From the human T2T-CHM13v2.0 reference genome, Homo sapiens, in the NCBI RefSeq assembly GCF_009914755.1, contig NC_060925.1: 64,000 bases of DNA; one strand, given 5' to 3'. Positions 41,211 through 51,698 of this stretch are shown here, in pieces (positions within the stretch are counted from its first letter, which is position 1; each line of letters begins with the position of its first letter). Made by a program: the position numbers and the translations under genes. Below the pieces are notes generated by a model, which worked only from the letters and a program-made list of their open reading frames with translations, did no database searches and had not been told where the DNA came from.

Positions 41211-42925
41211 TCTTTTCGAGTATTTCTCCTGTACAGCATACTGAATCTCATTTGTTTGTTGTTATTTCTAGTGTCTTTAGTCTTTTGCCTTCTGGCTTCT
41301 TTTTAAACTTCATATATACACATGTCTTCCCTGGCCTAAAAGAAACATCTTTGACCCAACCCTGGTATCTTGATAAACACCGTGCCATTCCCTTCATTTT
41401 TCTGCCAAACTTTCACAGTATGACTTATACTTTCTTTCAGCCCCCTTTCCACATTCTGCACCTCACCCTCCTAATCCAGCTTCTGGCCCCCCTTTAATCC
41501 TATCCACAAACCCCCATCCCCACAGAAAAGCTCTGTTAAAGATTCTTCCATCATTCAGACAAAGCCATTGCCAGCCCTCATTCTATTTAGCCTCTTAGCA
41601 ATATCTGGCACTGTTAATGACTGCCTTTTTCTTGAAAGCTTTTTTATCTAAAGTAGCCTGGGATGATGCATGATCTTTGAACCCTCCTCACCTTTTTTTT
41701 AACTCCTTATGGTCTCCTTTGCTGGCACTTCTTCCACCTCCTTAACTGTGAATATTCATCCCCAAATACTTTCCTCCCTCTCTTTCTTGTTTCATTCCAT
41801 TATTTATTCTTTCATTCTGAAAGCATTTACTGAGTACTCACACTAGGCCAGGCACTTTGCTAAACACAAAGACAAATTTGTTTTTTTCTGTACACTCATT
41901 GCTTTTAAGAATGTTTTCTATTCTTATGGCTCCAGCTTCCAATTTTGTATGAAAGATTTCTAAATCTACATTTTCTGTTGTGGCTTCTGAATGCTCATTC
42001 TGTGATTCCAGTTGCCACCAGATATGTCCTTTGCATCTACAAAATTTACTAAAAAATAAACTCATTTTTTCCATAAAAACCGATTTCTCTGCCTCAGTTT
42101 ATTTGCCCCAATCTATGAAGTCACCATATCAGTCTTCAAGACTGGACATCTGAGCATATTATTTTACTCTTAATAGATTTTGTATCCAATCTGTCACAAT
42201 TTTCCAATAATTTCTTCTTGAGAATGCCTTTATGATCTACTGGTTACCTCTCCATTTTTATAGAAACCCACTTGATTCAGACTTCACACATAGTTTCTTA
42301 CTAAAGACAATAATTGATCTCCCTGCTTCCAGTCTCACTCTCCTTAAATAAATTCAGCCTGCAGTTGCCATACTAATCTTCCTAAACCACTGCTTGAGCA
42401 CATCCTTTCTGGTGACCTTTCAAGCCCACCACATGTCATCTCATCTCCTTAGCCTAACCCAAGTTCTCCACAATCTGACCACTCATTTTGCAATTCAGCC
42501 ATATACTCTTCTTCTCAATATATTTGTTACCATGTCCTCCCCAGTATTTTCCCTAACACATCAAACTAATTTCCACCTCCATTCCCTTTGTTTCCCTCAC
42601 CTAGATGCCTTCTAAAGGTCTGCATGCCCCAGTACAACCAGGCCAAGTCTCACTCACTTTCTTTCCATAGCCTTGCCTGGCTCCTGAAACCTCTAGAAAA
42701 CTCTTCTCTCTTGAAAGGCTAATTACACTTAGAGGCTATACCATACCACTTAGTTCATATTACATGCTATCTTTATGACACATTGTTTTTGGCCTGTTAA
42801 TGGGCTCCTCCCCAAATACAGGGTAAACGTCTTAGGTGCAGAAACTGTGCTGTGACTTTCCCTTTAATCTCCAAAGAAACCTAGTGCATGTCTCATCATA
42901 TATTAAATGTTTAATATATAGCCTG
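41210..42925 (+). mobile_element. Long degenerate L2
   Basis: Pyrimidine-rich L2 ORF2 motifs (cctcttagcaatatctggcactgttaatgactgcc; ctccctgcttccagtctc; ctaatcttcctaaacc). Confidence 0.75.
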
Positions 42926-43119
42926 GGTTAGTTGTAATAATTATCTGTGCTTCAATAAACTGGTTTAGACCAAGATAGACTCTACAAGTACAACAGAAAC
43001 TTATGTTTACACTGTGTATAAGGGGGTCGTTTTCTGCTGTACAACATTAGTATCTAGTCTGCATGTCAGTTTTGAAGTAGATGCCTTTTTCTAACTCAAA
43101 AAGAGGCAGTTAAGGAGTA

Positions 43120-44290
43120 ATTATTGAGCCTCCAGATCTAAATACCAAATTATAGGAAATACAAGGAGTGGAAGAACACATTAAATGATATGCAGGGGAT
43201 GCAATCAGCCAAATCCACACTGGGGGATTGGACAGAATCTATAGGACAAAAAAAAATTTTTAATAACAAATTGCAAGAGCAAGAAATAGAGAGATGGAGA
43301 AGTCTGAAGATTAAAATAGACATAAGAGAAATATCTACCAATCACAGTGACATGGTTTGGATCTGTATCCCCACCAAATCTCATGTCAATTGTAATCCCC
43401 AATGTAGGAGGTGGGGCCTGGTGGGTAGTGACTGGATCATGGGGATGGATTTCTCATGAATGTTTCAGCATCATCTCCCCTTGGTACTGTCCTAGTGACA
43501 GTGAGTGAGTTCTTATAAAATCTGGTCATTTAAAAGTATGTGGCACCTCCCTGCTCCCTCTCTTGCTACTGCTCTGGCCATGTGAAGTGCTTGTTCCCCC
43601 TTCACCTTCCACCATGATTGTAAGTTTCTTGAAGCCTCCCCAGAAGCCAGGCAGATGCTAGTATCATGCTTTCTGTACAGCCTGCAGAGTCCTGAGCCAA
43701 TTAAACCTCTTTTCTTTATAAATTACTGAGTCTCAGGTATTTCTTTATAACAACACAAGAATGAACTAATACACACAGTATATGGACTTATTTCGATTCA
43801 AACTCAAACACATAACCTTAAAAACATTCTTTAAAGACAACTGGGGAAGTGTAATATGAATACTAAATGTATAATAATGTTAAAAAATTATTAATGTTTT
43901 AGATAATAAAAATAGTATTGTGTTTATGTTTTCTAAGGGTTCTTATCTTTTAGGATTATACACTGAAATATTTACAGATAAAATTATGTGATATCTGAGT
44001 TTGCCTCAAAATAGTTGAGAAGTATAGACGGAACAAGGTTGGCCATGTGGTGAATTGTTGAAGTTGAGTAACGAGAGATTAATTTGTACTATTCTTTCTA
44101 TTCTATCTACTTTTACATATATTTAAAATTTCTCAAATAAAAATATTTTTAAAGTAGTCAGTCATTGATGTTAAGAAATTCTTGTTAAATATTTTTGATG
44201 TGATAATGGCACTGTGGTTATGAGTTTTGAAAAGGAATTTTTATCTTTTAGAAATACCAACTGAAATATTCATGCATGAAATGAAAATAA
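43120..44290 (+). mobile_element. L1ME/L1MD-type 3' relics interrupted by an MST LTR
   Basis: gggatgcaatcagccaaatccacact ... tcttatctttt...cactgaaatatttacagataaaattatgtgatatctg. A second related fragment lies at ~44160-44290. Confidence 0.75.
43348..43773 (+). mobile_element. MSTA-type MaLR solo LTR
   Basis: tgacatggtttggatctgtatccccacc ... gagccaattaaacctcttttctttataaattac...gaactaataca. 5-bp TSD cacag at 43343-43347 and 43774-43778. Confidence 0.93.
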
Positions 44291-44668
44291 TGTAGACATT
44301 GATGTCGTTGCATTTTTAAAGATTATAATAAAATGAGGCAAAAAATGTTTAAATTGTCATTTAAAAATTTCTTATCCCCAGAAAGACATCCATAAACCCC
44401 AAGGTGAGAAAACAATACTTTAGACAGTTATGTAAAGCCTGTTCTGTGTTTTGCCTGTTTATACCTAAAGACTACATAGCAAGCAAATCTGTGAGTTGCA
44501 CATCCTGTAGATGAGCGCAAAGAGATGAGTAAAAAATAACCAAACACTGTACGTGAGAAGTCATAATCTTTAAAGATACAGGATTTGTCTTAAGAGTAAT
44601 GGCTTTAAAAACTGGATTATAATCCAGGTAACATCAACCTTCAATAGATATACATTCAGACATGCTAG

Positions 44669-44973
44669 TGCCAGATAAAGTGGCTAATGCCTGTAATCTC
44701 AGCTAGTTCAGAGGCTTAAGCAGGAGGATTGCTTGAGGACAGGAGTTTGAGACCAGCCTGGGCAACATCACAAGACCTTGTCTCTTAAAACATTTTTTTA
44801 ATTAATTAGCTGGGCATGGTGGCATTCACCTGTAACCCTGCTACTTGGGAAGTTGAGGTAGGAGCATTAGTTGATCCCAGAAGTTCAAGTGAGCTATGAT
44901 CACACTACATGACTGCAGCCTGGGCAACAGAGCGAGGCCCTTTTTCTAAAAAAAGTAAAAAATGAATAAATAA
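44669..44973 (+). mobile_element. AluJ
   Basis: Diverged dimer (ggaggattgcttgaggacaggagtttgagaccagcctggg). TSD core acatgcta on both sides. Confidence 0.92.
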
Positions 44974-45260
44974 ACATGCTAAAGTATTCCTTGCTTTTGA
45001 AAAACAAAACAAAACCAACCAAATACAAAGAAAACTCCAGAGGCTTTCCCCAATATCAATTTAATTCATAAATTTAGTATTAGCCCTCCAAAAAACTTCT
45101 TTTCAGTGAAATGTTGATTATTAGCAAATTTATCTGATTTCAGGAAGAAGAGTCTTGTCTCTGTGATTAGAATATTCATGAGCAATCAAATGGCCAGTAA
45201 GTTAATATCAGAACCTAGCTGAATGTCTGGAAAACCTACAAGTTAGAAAATCATTCATGG

Positions 45261-45367
45261 GTGCTCACTTTAGTAGCACATATACTAAAATTGGAAAGAT
45301 ATAGAAAAGATTAACACAGCCCCTGCACAAGAATGACATGCAAATTCAGGAAGCATTTTGTATTTTT
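45261..45367 (+). pseudogene. Full-length U6 snRNA retrocopy (5' part of a U6/L1 chimera)
   Basis: 107 nt, gap-free against the recalled U6 sequence (GTGCTCGCTTCGGCAGCACATATACTAAAATTGG...ATATTTTT) with 19 substitutions by hand count. ACAGAGA box mutated to ATAGAAA. Confidence 0.95.
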
Positions 45368-48363
45368 CTGAATGAGAAATTTAATAAAGAGATACATATT
45401 ATAAAAAAGAACTAAACAGAAATCTTGGAGCTGACAAATTCAATGATTGAAATAAAAAATACAATTGAGAGATTCAGCAATAGACCAGATCAACCAAAAG
45501 AAAGAATTTTTAAACTTGAAGGTGACTATTTTGAAATAACCCAGTCAGAAAAAAAGAAAAATAAAAAAGAATTAAGAACACCTACAGGACCTATTGGGAC
45601 ACCACTGAGCAAATATTCACAGTATGAGAATTTCAGGAAAGGCATAGAAAACCTATTTAATGAAATAATAGCTGAAACCTTTGCGTGTCTTGATAGAAAT
45701 ATAGATATCTAGATCCAGGAAACTCAAAACCCCAAATATATTAAGTTCAAAAAGGTCCTCTCCAAATCACATTATAGTCAAAGTAACAAAAGTCAAAGAC
45801 AAAGAATTCCAACAATAGCAAGAGAAAAGTGTTAAGTCACAGATAAGGGAATCCCCATTAAGCTAACATTAGATTTCTCAGTAGACACCTTATAGGCTAG
45901 GAAAGAATGGGATGATAAATTCAAAGCACTGAAAGAAAAAAAAAAGATGTTAGCCAAGAATACTATACCTACAAAATCTATACTTCAGAAATGAAGGGGA
46001 AATAATGTCTTTCCCAGACAAACAAAAACTGAGGAAATTCATCACCACTAGACCAGCATTACAAAAATTATTAAAGAAGTCCTACACATGGAAGCAAAAG
46101 GATGATAATTCTACCGTCCTAAAAACATGCAAAAGTGTGAAACTCACTCATAGAGCAGATACACAAATGATTAAGGGAAAGGAATTTAATCTTATCATGT
46201 CAGAACACCACCAAACTGCAAAGATAAATAATGAGAGAGGAAAAACAGAAACAAAGGATATACAAAACAATGAGAAGACAAAAAAGATGACAAGATTAAG
46301 TCCTCTCCTAACAATAATAACCTTGAATATGAGTAGATTAAATTCCCAAATTAAAAGATATAAACAACTGGCTGAATGGTTAAAAATCAAGACCAAACTA
46401 TATGCCGCCTACAATAAACTCACTTTACCTATGAAGATACTCATAGACTGAAAGTGAAGGAATGAAAATATATATTCCATACAAACAGAAACCCAAAATG
46501 AGCAGGAGTACTGCTATGGTTTCACTGTGTCCCCACCCAAATCTCATCTTGAATTATAGTTCTTATAATTCCCATATGTCTTGGGAGGGACCTGGTAGAA
46601 TGTAATTGAATCATGGGGGTGGTTTCCCCCATGCTATTCTCATGAGAATGAGTAAATTCTTACAAGATCTGATGGTTTTATAAGGGGCATCCCCCTTTGC
46701 TTGGCTCTCATTCTTCTTGCTGCTGCCATGTGAGGAGGGACATATTTGCGTCCTACAATACCCCACTCTCAGCATTGCATAGATCACCTAGGCATAAAAT
46801 CAACAAAGATACATTGGATTCAAACTGTACTATAAATCAAATGACCCTAACAGACATTTACAGAACATTCTATGCAATAGCTACAGAATATGTGCTCTTC
46901 TCATTAGCACATGGAACATGCCCCCGGATAGATCATATGTTAGGCTACAAAACAAGTCTCAACAAATTTTTAAAAATCAAAATCATATGAAATATATTTT
47001 CTTATCACAATGGAATAAAACTAGAAATCAAAATCAAGTGGAACTTTGGAAACTGAACAATTACATGTAAATTAAACAACATGCTCCAAAACAACCAAAG
47101 GGTAAATTAAGAAATTAAGAAGTACATTAAAAAATTTCTTGAAACAAATGAAAATATAAACATAATATATCAAATCCTACGCAATACAGCAAAAGCAGTA
47201 GTAAGAAGAAAGTTTATAGCAATAAACACCAACATCAAAAAAGTAGAAAGATTTCAAATAAACAACTTAATGATGCACTTCAGGGAACTAGAAAAGCAAG
47301 AATAAGCCAAACCCAAAATTAGAAGGAAAGAAATAATAAAGATCAGCGCAGAAACAGAGATTAAAACAACAATACAAAAGATCAAGGGAACAAAAAGTTG
47401 GTTTTCTGAAAAGATAAACAGAATTGACAAACCATTAGCTAAACTAAGACAAAAAGACCCAAATAAATAAAATCCATAATGAAAAAATGAAACATTACAA
47501 CTGATACCACAAAAAAGAAATATTACAACTGATACTTCAGAAATACAAAGGATTATTGGAGACTTTTATGAAGAATTATATACCAAAAAATGGAAAACCT
47601 AGAAGAAATGGATACATTCCTGGGCACATACAAGCTACCAAGATTGAACCAGGAAGAAATGGAAAACTTGAACAGAACAACAATTCGGTAACGAAACTGA
47701 GTCAGTAATTAAAGTCTCCCAACAAAGAAAAGCCCAGGACCAAATGGCTTTGCTGCTGAATTCTACCAAACCTTAAAAGAAGAATTAACACCAATTCTTC
47801 TCAAACTATTTCAGAAAATGGAAGGGAATTTTTTCAAACTCATTCCATGAGGCCAGCATTACAAAGCCAAACCAGAGAAGGATGCAAGAAAAAAAAGAAA
47901 ACTACAGGCCAATATCCCTGATGAACATAGATGCAAAAACTCTTGACAAGATACTAGCAAACTGAATACTACAGCATATCAAAAAGATTATACACCATAA
48001 TCAAGTGGGATTTATCTCAAGGATGCAAGGATGGTTCAACATATACAAATCAATAAATGTGGTATATCACATCAACAGAATGAAGGACAGAAACAATATA
48101 ATCATCTCAATAGATACAGATAAAAATTTTTACAAAATTCAACATCACTTCATGATAAAAACTCTCAATAAATTAGAAGGAATTTAACTCAACACAATAA
48201 AGGGCTTATATGACAAAACCACAGCTAACATCATACTAAACAAGGAAAATCTGGAAGCTCCTTCTCTAAGAACTAGAACAAGACAATGATGTCCACTTTC
48301 TCTACTCTTATTTAACATAGTACTGGAAGTTCTAGCCAGTACTATTTGGCAAGAGAAAGAAAT
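45368..48363 (+). mobile_element. L1 (L1MA/L1PB-age) from mid-ORF1 to the RT domain, decayed
   Basis: ORF1 peptides ELTNSMIEIKNTIERFSNR and SFPDKQKLRKFITTRPALQ. ORF2 EN (IITLNMSRLNSQIKR, RIDHMLGYKTSLNKF) and RT ([18 protein letters not shown]). Local duplication of gaaa(c/t)attacaactgatac at 47489-47535. Confidence 0.95.
46512..46752 (+). mobile_element. THE1 (C/D-type) LTR, 3'-truncated, inside the L1 EN domain
   Basis: tgctatggtttcactgtgtccccacccaaatctcatcttgaatt...gatctgatggttttataagggg...gccatgtgagg. Confidence 0.88.
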
Positions 48364-48992
48364 GTGGCTAGTTCCAGTTGTGATGTGCTGTAAGTGTAAC
48401 ATATACATTAGATTTCCAATACTTTCTACAATAAAAGAATGCAAAATATCTTATTAATACATTTTATTTTCATTAATTGATTACATATTGTATTAGTTTG
48501 CTAGAGATGCCATAACAAATTATCATAGACTAGGTGGGTTAAGCAAGATAAATGTATTTTTCACAATTCTAGAAGGTAGAAGTCTGAGATCCAGGTGTTG
48601 TCAGGTTGGTTTCTTCTGAGGCCTCTCTTCTTGACTCATGTCATCACATGATCTTCCCTCTGTGTGTGCCCATGTCCATATTGCCTCTTGTTATAAGAAC
48701 ATCAGTTATATTGGATTAGGGCCCACCCTAATGAAACCATTTTAACTTAATTACTTCTTTTAAAACCCCATCTCTCAATATAGTCACATTCTGTGGTACT
48801 GCTGGTTAGGGCTTCAACATGAATTTTGTGGGGGACACAACTCAACTCATAATGCCTGTCAAAATAATAATATTTTGGACCTATTTGGTTAAAAAAGGCA
48901 GTATTAAGGTAAATTTCAACACTTTATTGTTACTTTTTAAAATATGGCTACTAGAAATGTGGCTTGCATTATACTTCAATTGGACAGTGCTG
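48359..48992. mobile_element. MER33-like hAT element, missing one end, split by MLT1
   Basis: gaaatgtggctagttccagttgtgatgtgctgtaagtgtaa ... atatggctactagaaa...ttggacagtgctg. Confidence 0.8.
48489..48854 (-). mobile_element. MLT1B-type solo LTR
   Basis: tgtattagtttgctagagatgccataacaaat ... ggattagggcccaccctaatg ... gggggacacaactcaactcataa. Confidence 0.88.
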
Positions 48993-49279
48993 GATTTTAT
49001 TTCTTTGGGACACCAAAACACTGTATCATCACCTGTTGAAAGAATAAGAAAAAGTTCTCATTTTAAATAATTTGCCATTTTCTACTATATTTCCCTTTTA
49101 GTACTAAGTTTTATTTTGGTATTGCTAATAAGCAAAAGCAGTGAGATGCTATATAAAGAAGATGAAATGTGCACAAAGAAAATTAGACCAGAGTTCTATT
49201 TTGATCTTACTATCTTTATGATCTCAGGCATAGCCCTTACCTTTTCTTTAATTTCTTCTTTCTACAAAAGAGAGGATAA

Positions 49280-49490
49280 CAGCCTACATTTGTTGAGTGA
49301 TTATTTTGTGCCAGGTACTCTTCTGAATTTCTACACTACTAATTTATTTAATCCATACAACAACCCTTTGAAGATTTTAGGTAGTAGTATTACTCTATTT
49401 GAGAGAAAACTGAAGCACACAGAGATTAATTAACCTGCCCAAGACTCCAGAGTTAGTAAGTGGTAGAAGCAACTGGTCTAACTCCATACC
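49280..49490 (-). mobile_element. MIR
   Basis: gagaaaactgaagcacacagagattaattaacctgcccaagactccagagttagtaagtgg. Confidence 0.75.
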
Positions 49491-50209
49491 ATATCATTTA
49501 TTTCTCCCTGTACTTCTGTCTCACAAGATATTTGTGAGGATCTACTGAGATGGTATATGTGAAGGCATTTGAAAACTGATGACTGTTAATTATTTTCTTT
49601 GTCTGCCTTCCTAGGAACATTTCAGAGAAAGCTATTATTTTTGTCTTTTGACCAGCAAATCTATATATCTTTCTTTACAGCCTGGTAATTTCAGAACGAA
49701 TAGAAGTGTTTGTATCTGTGGGTTTGACACACTACTGAATCACAAAGTCTTTGGAATAATTCTCAAAAGCCATCACTTTTAGCCCACTTTCTCATTCATT
49801 AATGCTCTATTCTTTTTCTAGCATGTCTAGCAGAATTCTCTTGAATTCTTGCAGTGAATTGGTGCTCCTTAAATACCTGCTATTTTGGAATAGTTTTGAC
49901 TTAAATACATTTTCCTTTTCTCCCAGTTGCAAAATGTCAGGGCTGACAACTGAAAGGGCTTCTGAAGATTGTCAGTGTTCTCATATTCAGATAGGTAGCA
50001 AAGAATCTGACACATTTGGTATAATAAACCCACAAATGTTCATTAGTAAGATTGTAGCCTGATTTATTTCTCTGATTTAGAAAACACGCTTAAAGAAGGA
50101 GAGTCTGTCTGCAAGGAACCTTCTGAATTCTTTTTTTAATTCAAGCTCGTATATATAAATATTGTAAACTGAGATGTCGCTTATGTCATTTACATCATTT
50201 ATCTCAAAT

Positions 50210-50490
50210 AATAAAAATGGTTCACTTTTTTTGAGCACTACTATATGTCTGACACTGTGGTAAGTGCCTTTTCTGCATTATTCTCACTTGGTGATATCAC
50301 ACCTGCCCTGTCCTATAAAATGTATAATGTGCATATATTACCTCCACTTATAAGCACAGAAATTAAGGCTTAGAGAGGTTGAGTAACTTCTTAACTAACC
50401 TCACTAAAGTCACAAAGCTTATTAGTGACAGAGCCAAGATATAATACAGGTCATCTAATTCCGTAGTTCATACTGTTAATCACTATTCCA
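50210..50490 (-). mobile_element. MIR
   Basis: agaaattaaggcttagagaggttgagtaactt...gtcacaaagcttattagtgacagagcc. Confidence 0.75.
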
Positions 50491-50549
50491 CATTTCCGTC
50501 AAACCAAAGTGGATTGAGCATTCAGGGTATTCTGTCTAAGTCAGGCAGA

Positions 50550-50955
50550 TATTTTTATTTTTATTTTTATTTTTATTTATTTTTATTTTTATTTTTTATT
50601 TTTTTTACTTTTTTATTTATTTATTTATTTATTTATTTATTTTTTATTATTATACTTTAAGTTTTAGGGTACATGTGCACATTGTGCAGGTTAGTTACAT
50701 ACGTATACATGTGCCATGCTGGTGTGCTGCACCCACTAACTCGTCATCTAGCATTAGGTATATCTCCCAATGCTATCCCTCCCCCCTCCCCCCACCCCAC
50801 AACAGTCCCCAGAGTGTGATGTTCCCCTTCCTGTGTCCATGTGATCTCATTGTTCAATTCCCACCTAGGAGTGAGAATATGCGGTGTTTGGTTTTTTGTT
50901 CTTGCGATAGTTTACTGAGAATGATGATTTCCAATTTCATCCATGTCCCTACAAA
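50550..50955 (-). mobile_element. Young 5'-truncated L1 (L1PA2-like) with a ~95-nt patterned A-tail
   Basis: Near-consensus 3'UTR. Carries cccactaaCTCgtcatctagc (GAG, not Ta ACA or pre-Ta ACG) and tacTTtaag (A6015 type). Confidence 0.93.
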
Positions 50956-51395
50956 CTTATATTTGATGAATTCTGCAAATAGGTGTATGATCCAGTTTTT
51001 CTTATAGCTTCTGTGATTTGGTAATCCTCCTACAGATGGTAGAATATGGTATTCACAATAATATGAAAAATATAATTAAATTTGACAAGAATTCTATTAA
51101 AACAGCAAGATTTACCATCCAGAATTATTTCATTTATTTTTAATTCATCTTTTATCTTAAACATACCACCTTGATGTTATGTGAAGCTATCTTATATGCT
51201 ACCTTAAGCCATATGCATTCATTTATGAACCCTCTAAAACTATGTGTCATGCCCTTTCTATTTTATGTTTATTGCCAGGTAGTTTATAAGTGATTAAAGA
51301 ATATTGCTAGAAATTATATTTAATTAGATAGATAATGTTACCATATCACTTTTGATTCATTTGGCCCCCAATGTAGTATGAAATCTTGTAATTAA

Positions 51396-51698
51396 TTTTT
51401 TTTTTTTTTTTTTTTTTTTGGAAAGAGAGTCTTGCTTTGTCACCCAGGCTGAAGTGCAGTGGTGTGATCTCGGCTCACTCCCACTTCTGCCTCCCAGGCT
51501 CAAGTGATCCTCCTACCTCTGCCTCCTGAGTATCTGGAACTACGGGCATGCACAAGTATGCCTGGCTAATTTTTAAATTTTTTGTAGAGACCAGGTTTCA
51601 TCATGTTGCCCAGGCTGGTCTCAAATTCATGAGCTCAAGTGATCTACCCACCTTGGCTTCCCAAAGTGTTAGGATTACAGGCACAAGCCACCATGGCC
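51396..51698 (-). mobile_element. AluJ
   Basis: T-tract followed by a diverged reverse dimer (ggctcaagtgatcctcc, gagctcaagtgatct). Confidence 0.92.

Noticed and set aside
45261-45367. Functional U6 snRNA gene
   Set aside because: 19 substitutions including the ACAGAGA box, no recognisable PSE/TATA, and fused to L1.
45425-48444. L1 ORF1/ORF2 ORFs as an active element
   Set aside because: Multiple stops and frameshifts, a THE1 insertion, and no 5'UTR or 3' end.
49660-50000. Strong-looking acceptors at 49680 and 49926 as extra DNM3 exons
   Set aside because: Donors are weak (gtaatt, gtagca), the lengths (4 and 68 nt) break the frame, and there is no dynamin-like peptide.
48900-50100. Possible terminal exon of an antisense transcript from the downstream neighbouring gene (minus-strand AATAAA at 48923-48928)
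   Set aside because: Rests on recollection of annotation. A lone hexamer inside a MER33 relic is not sequence-level support.
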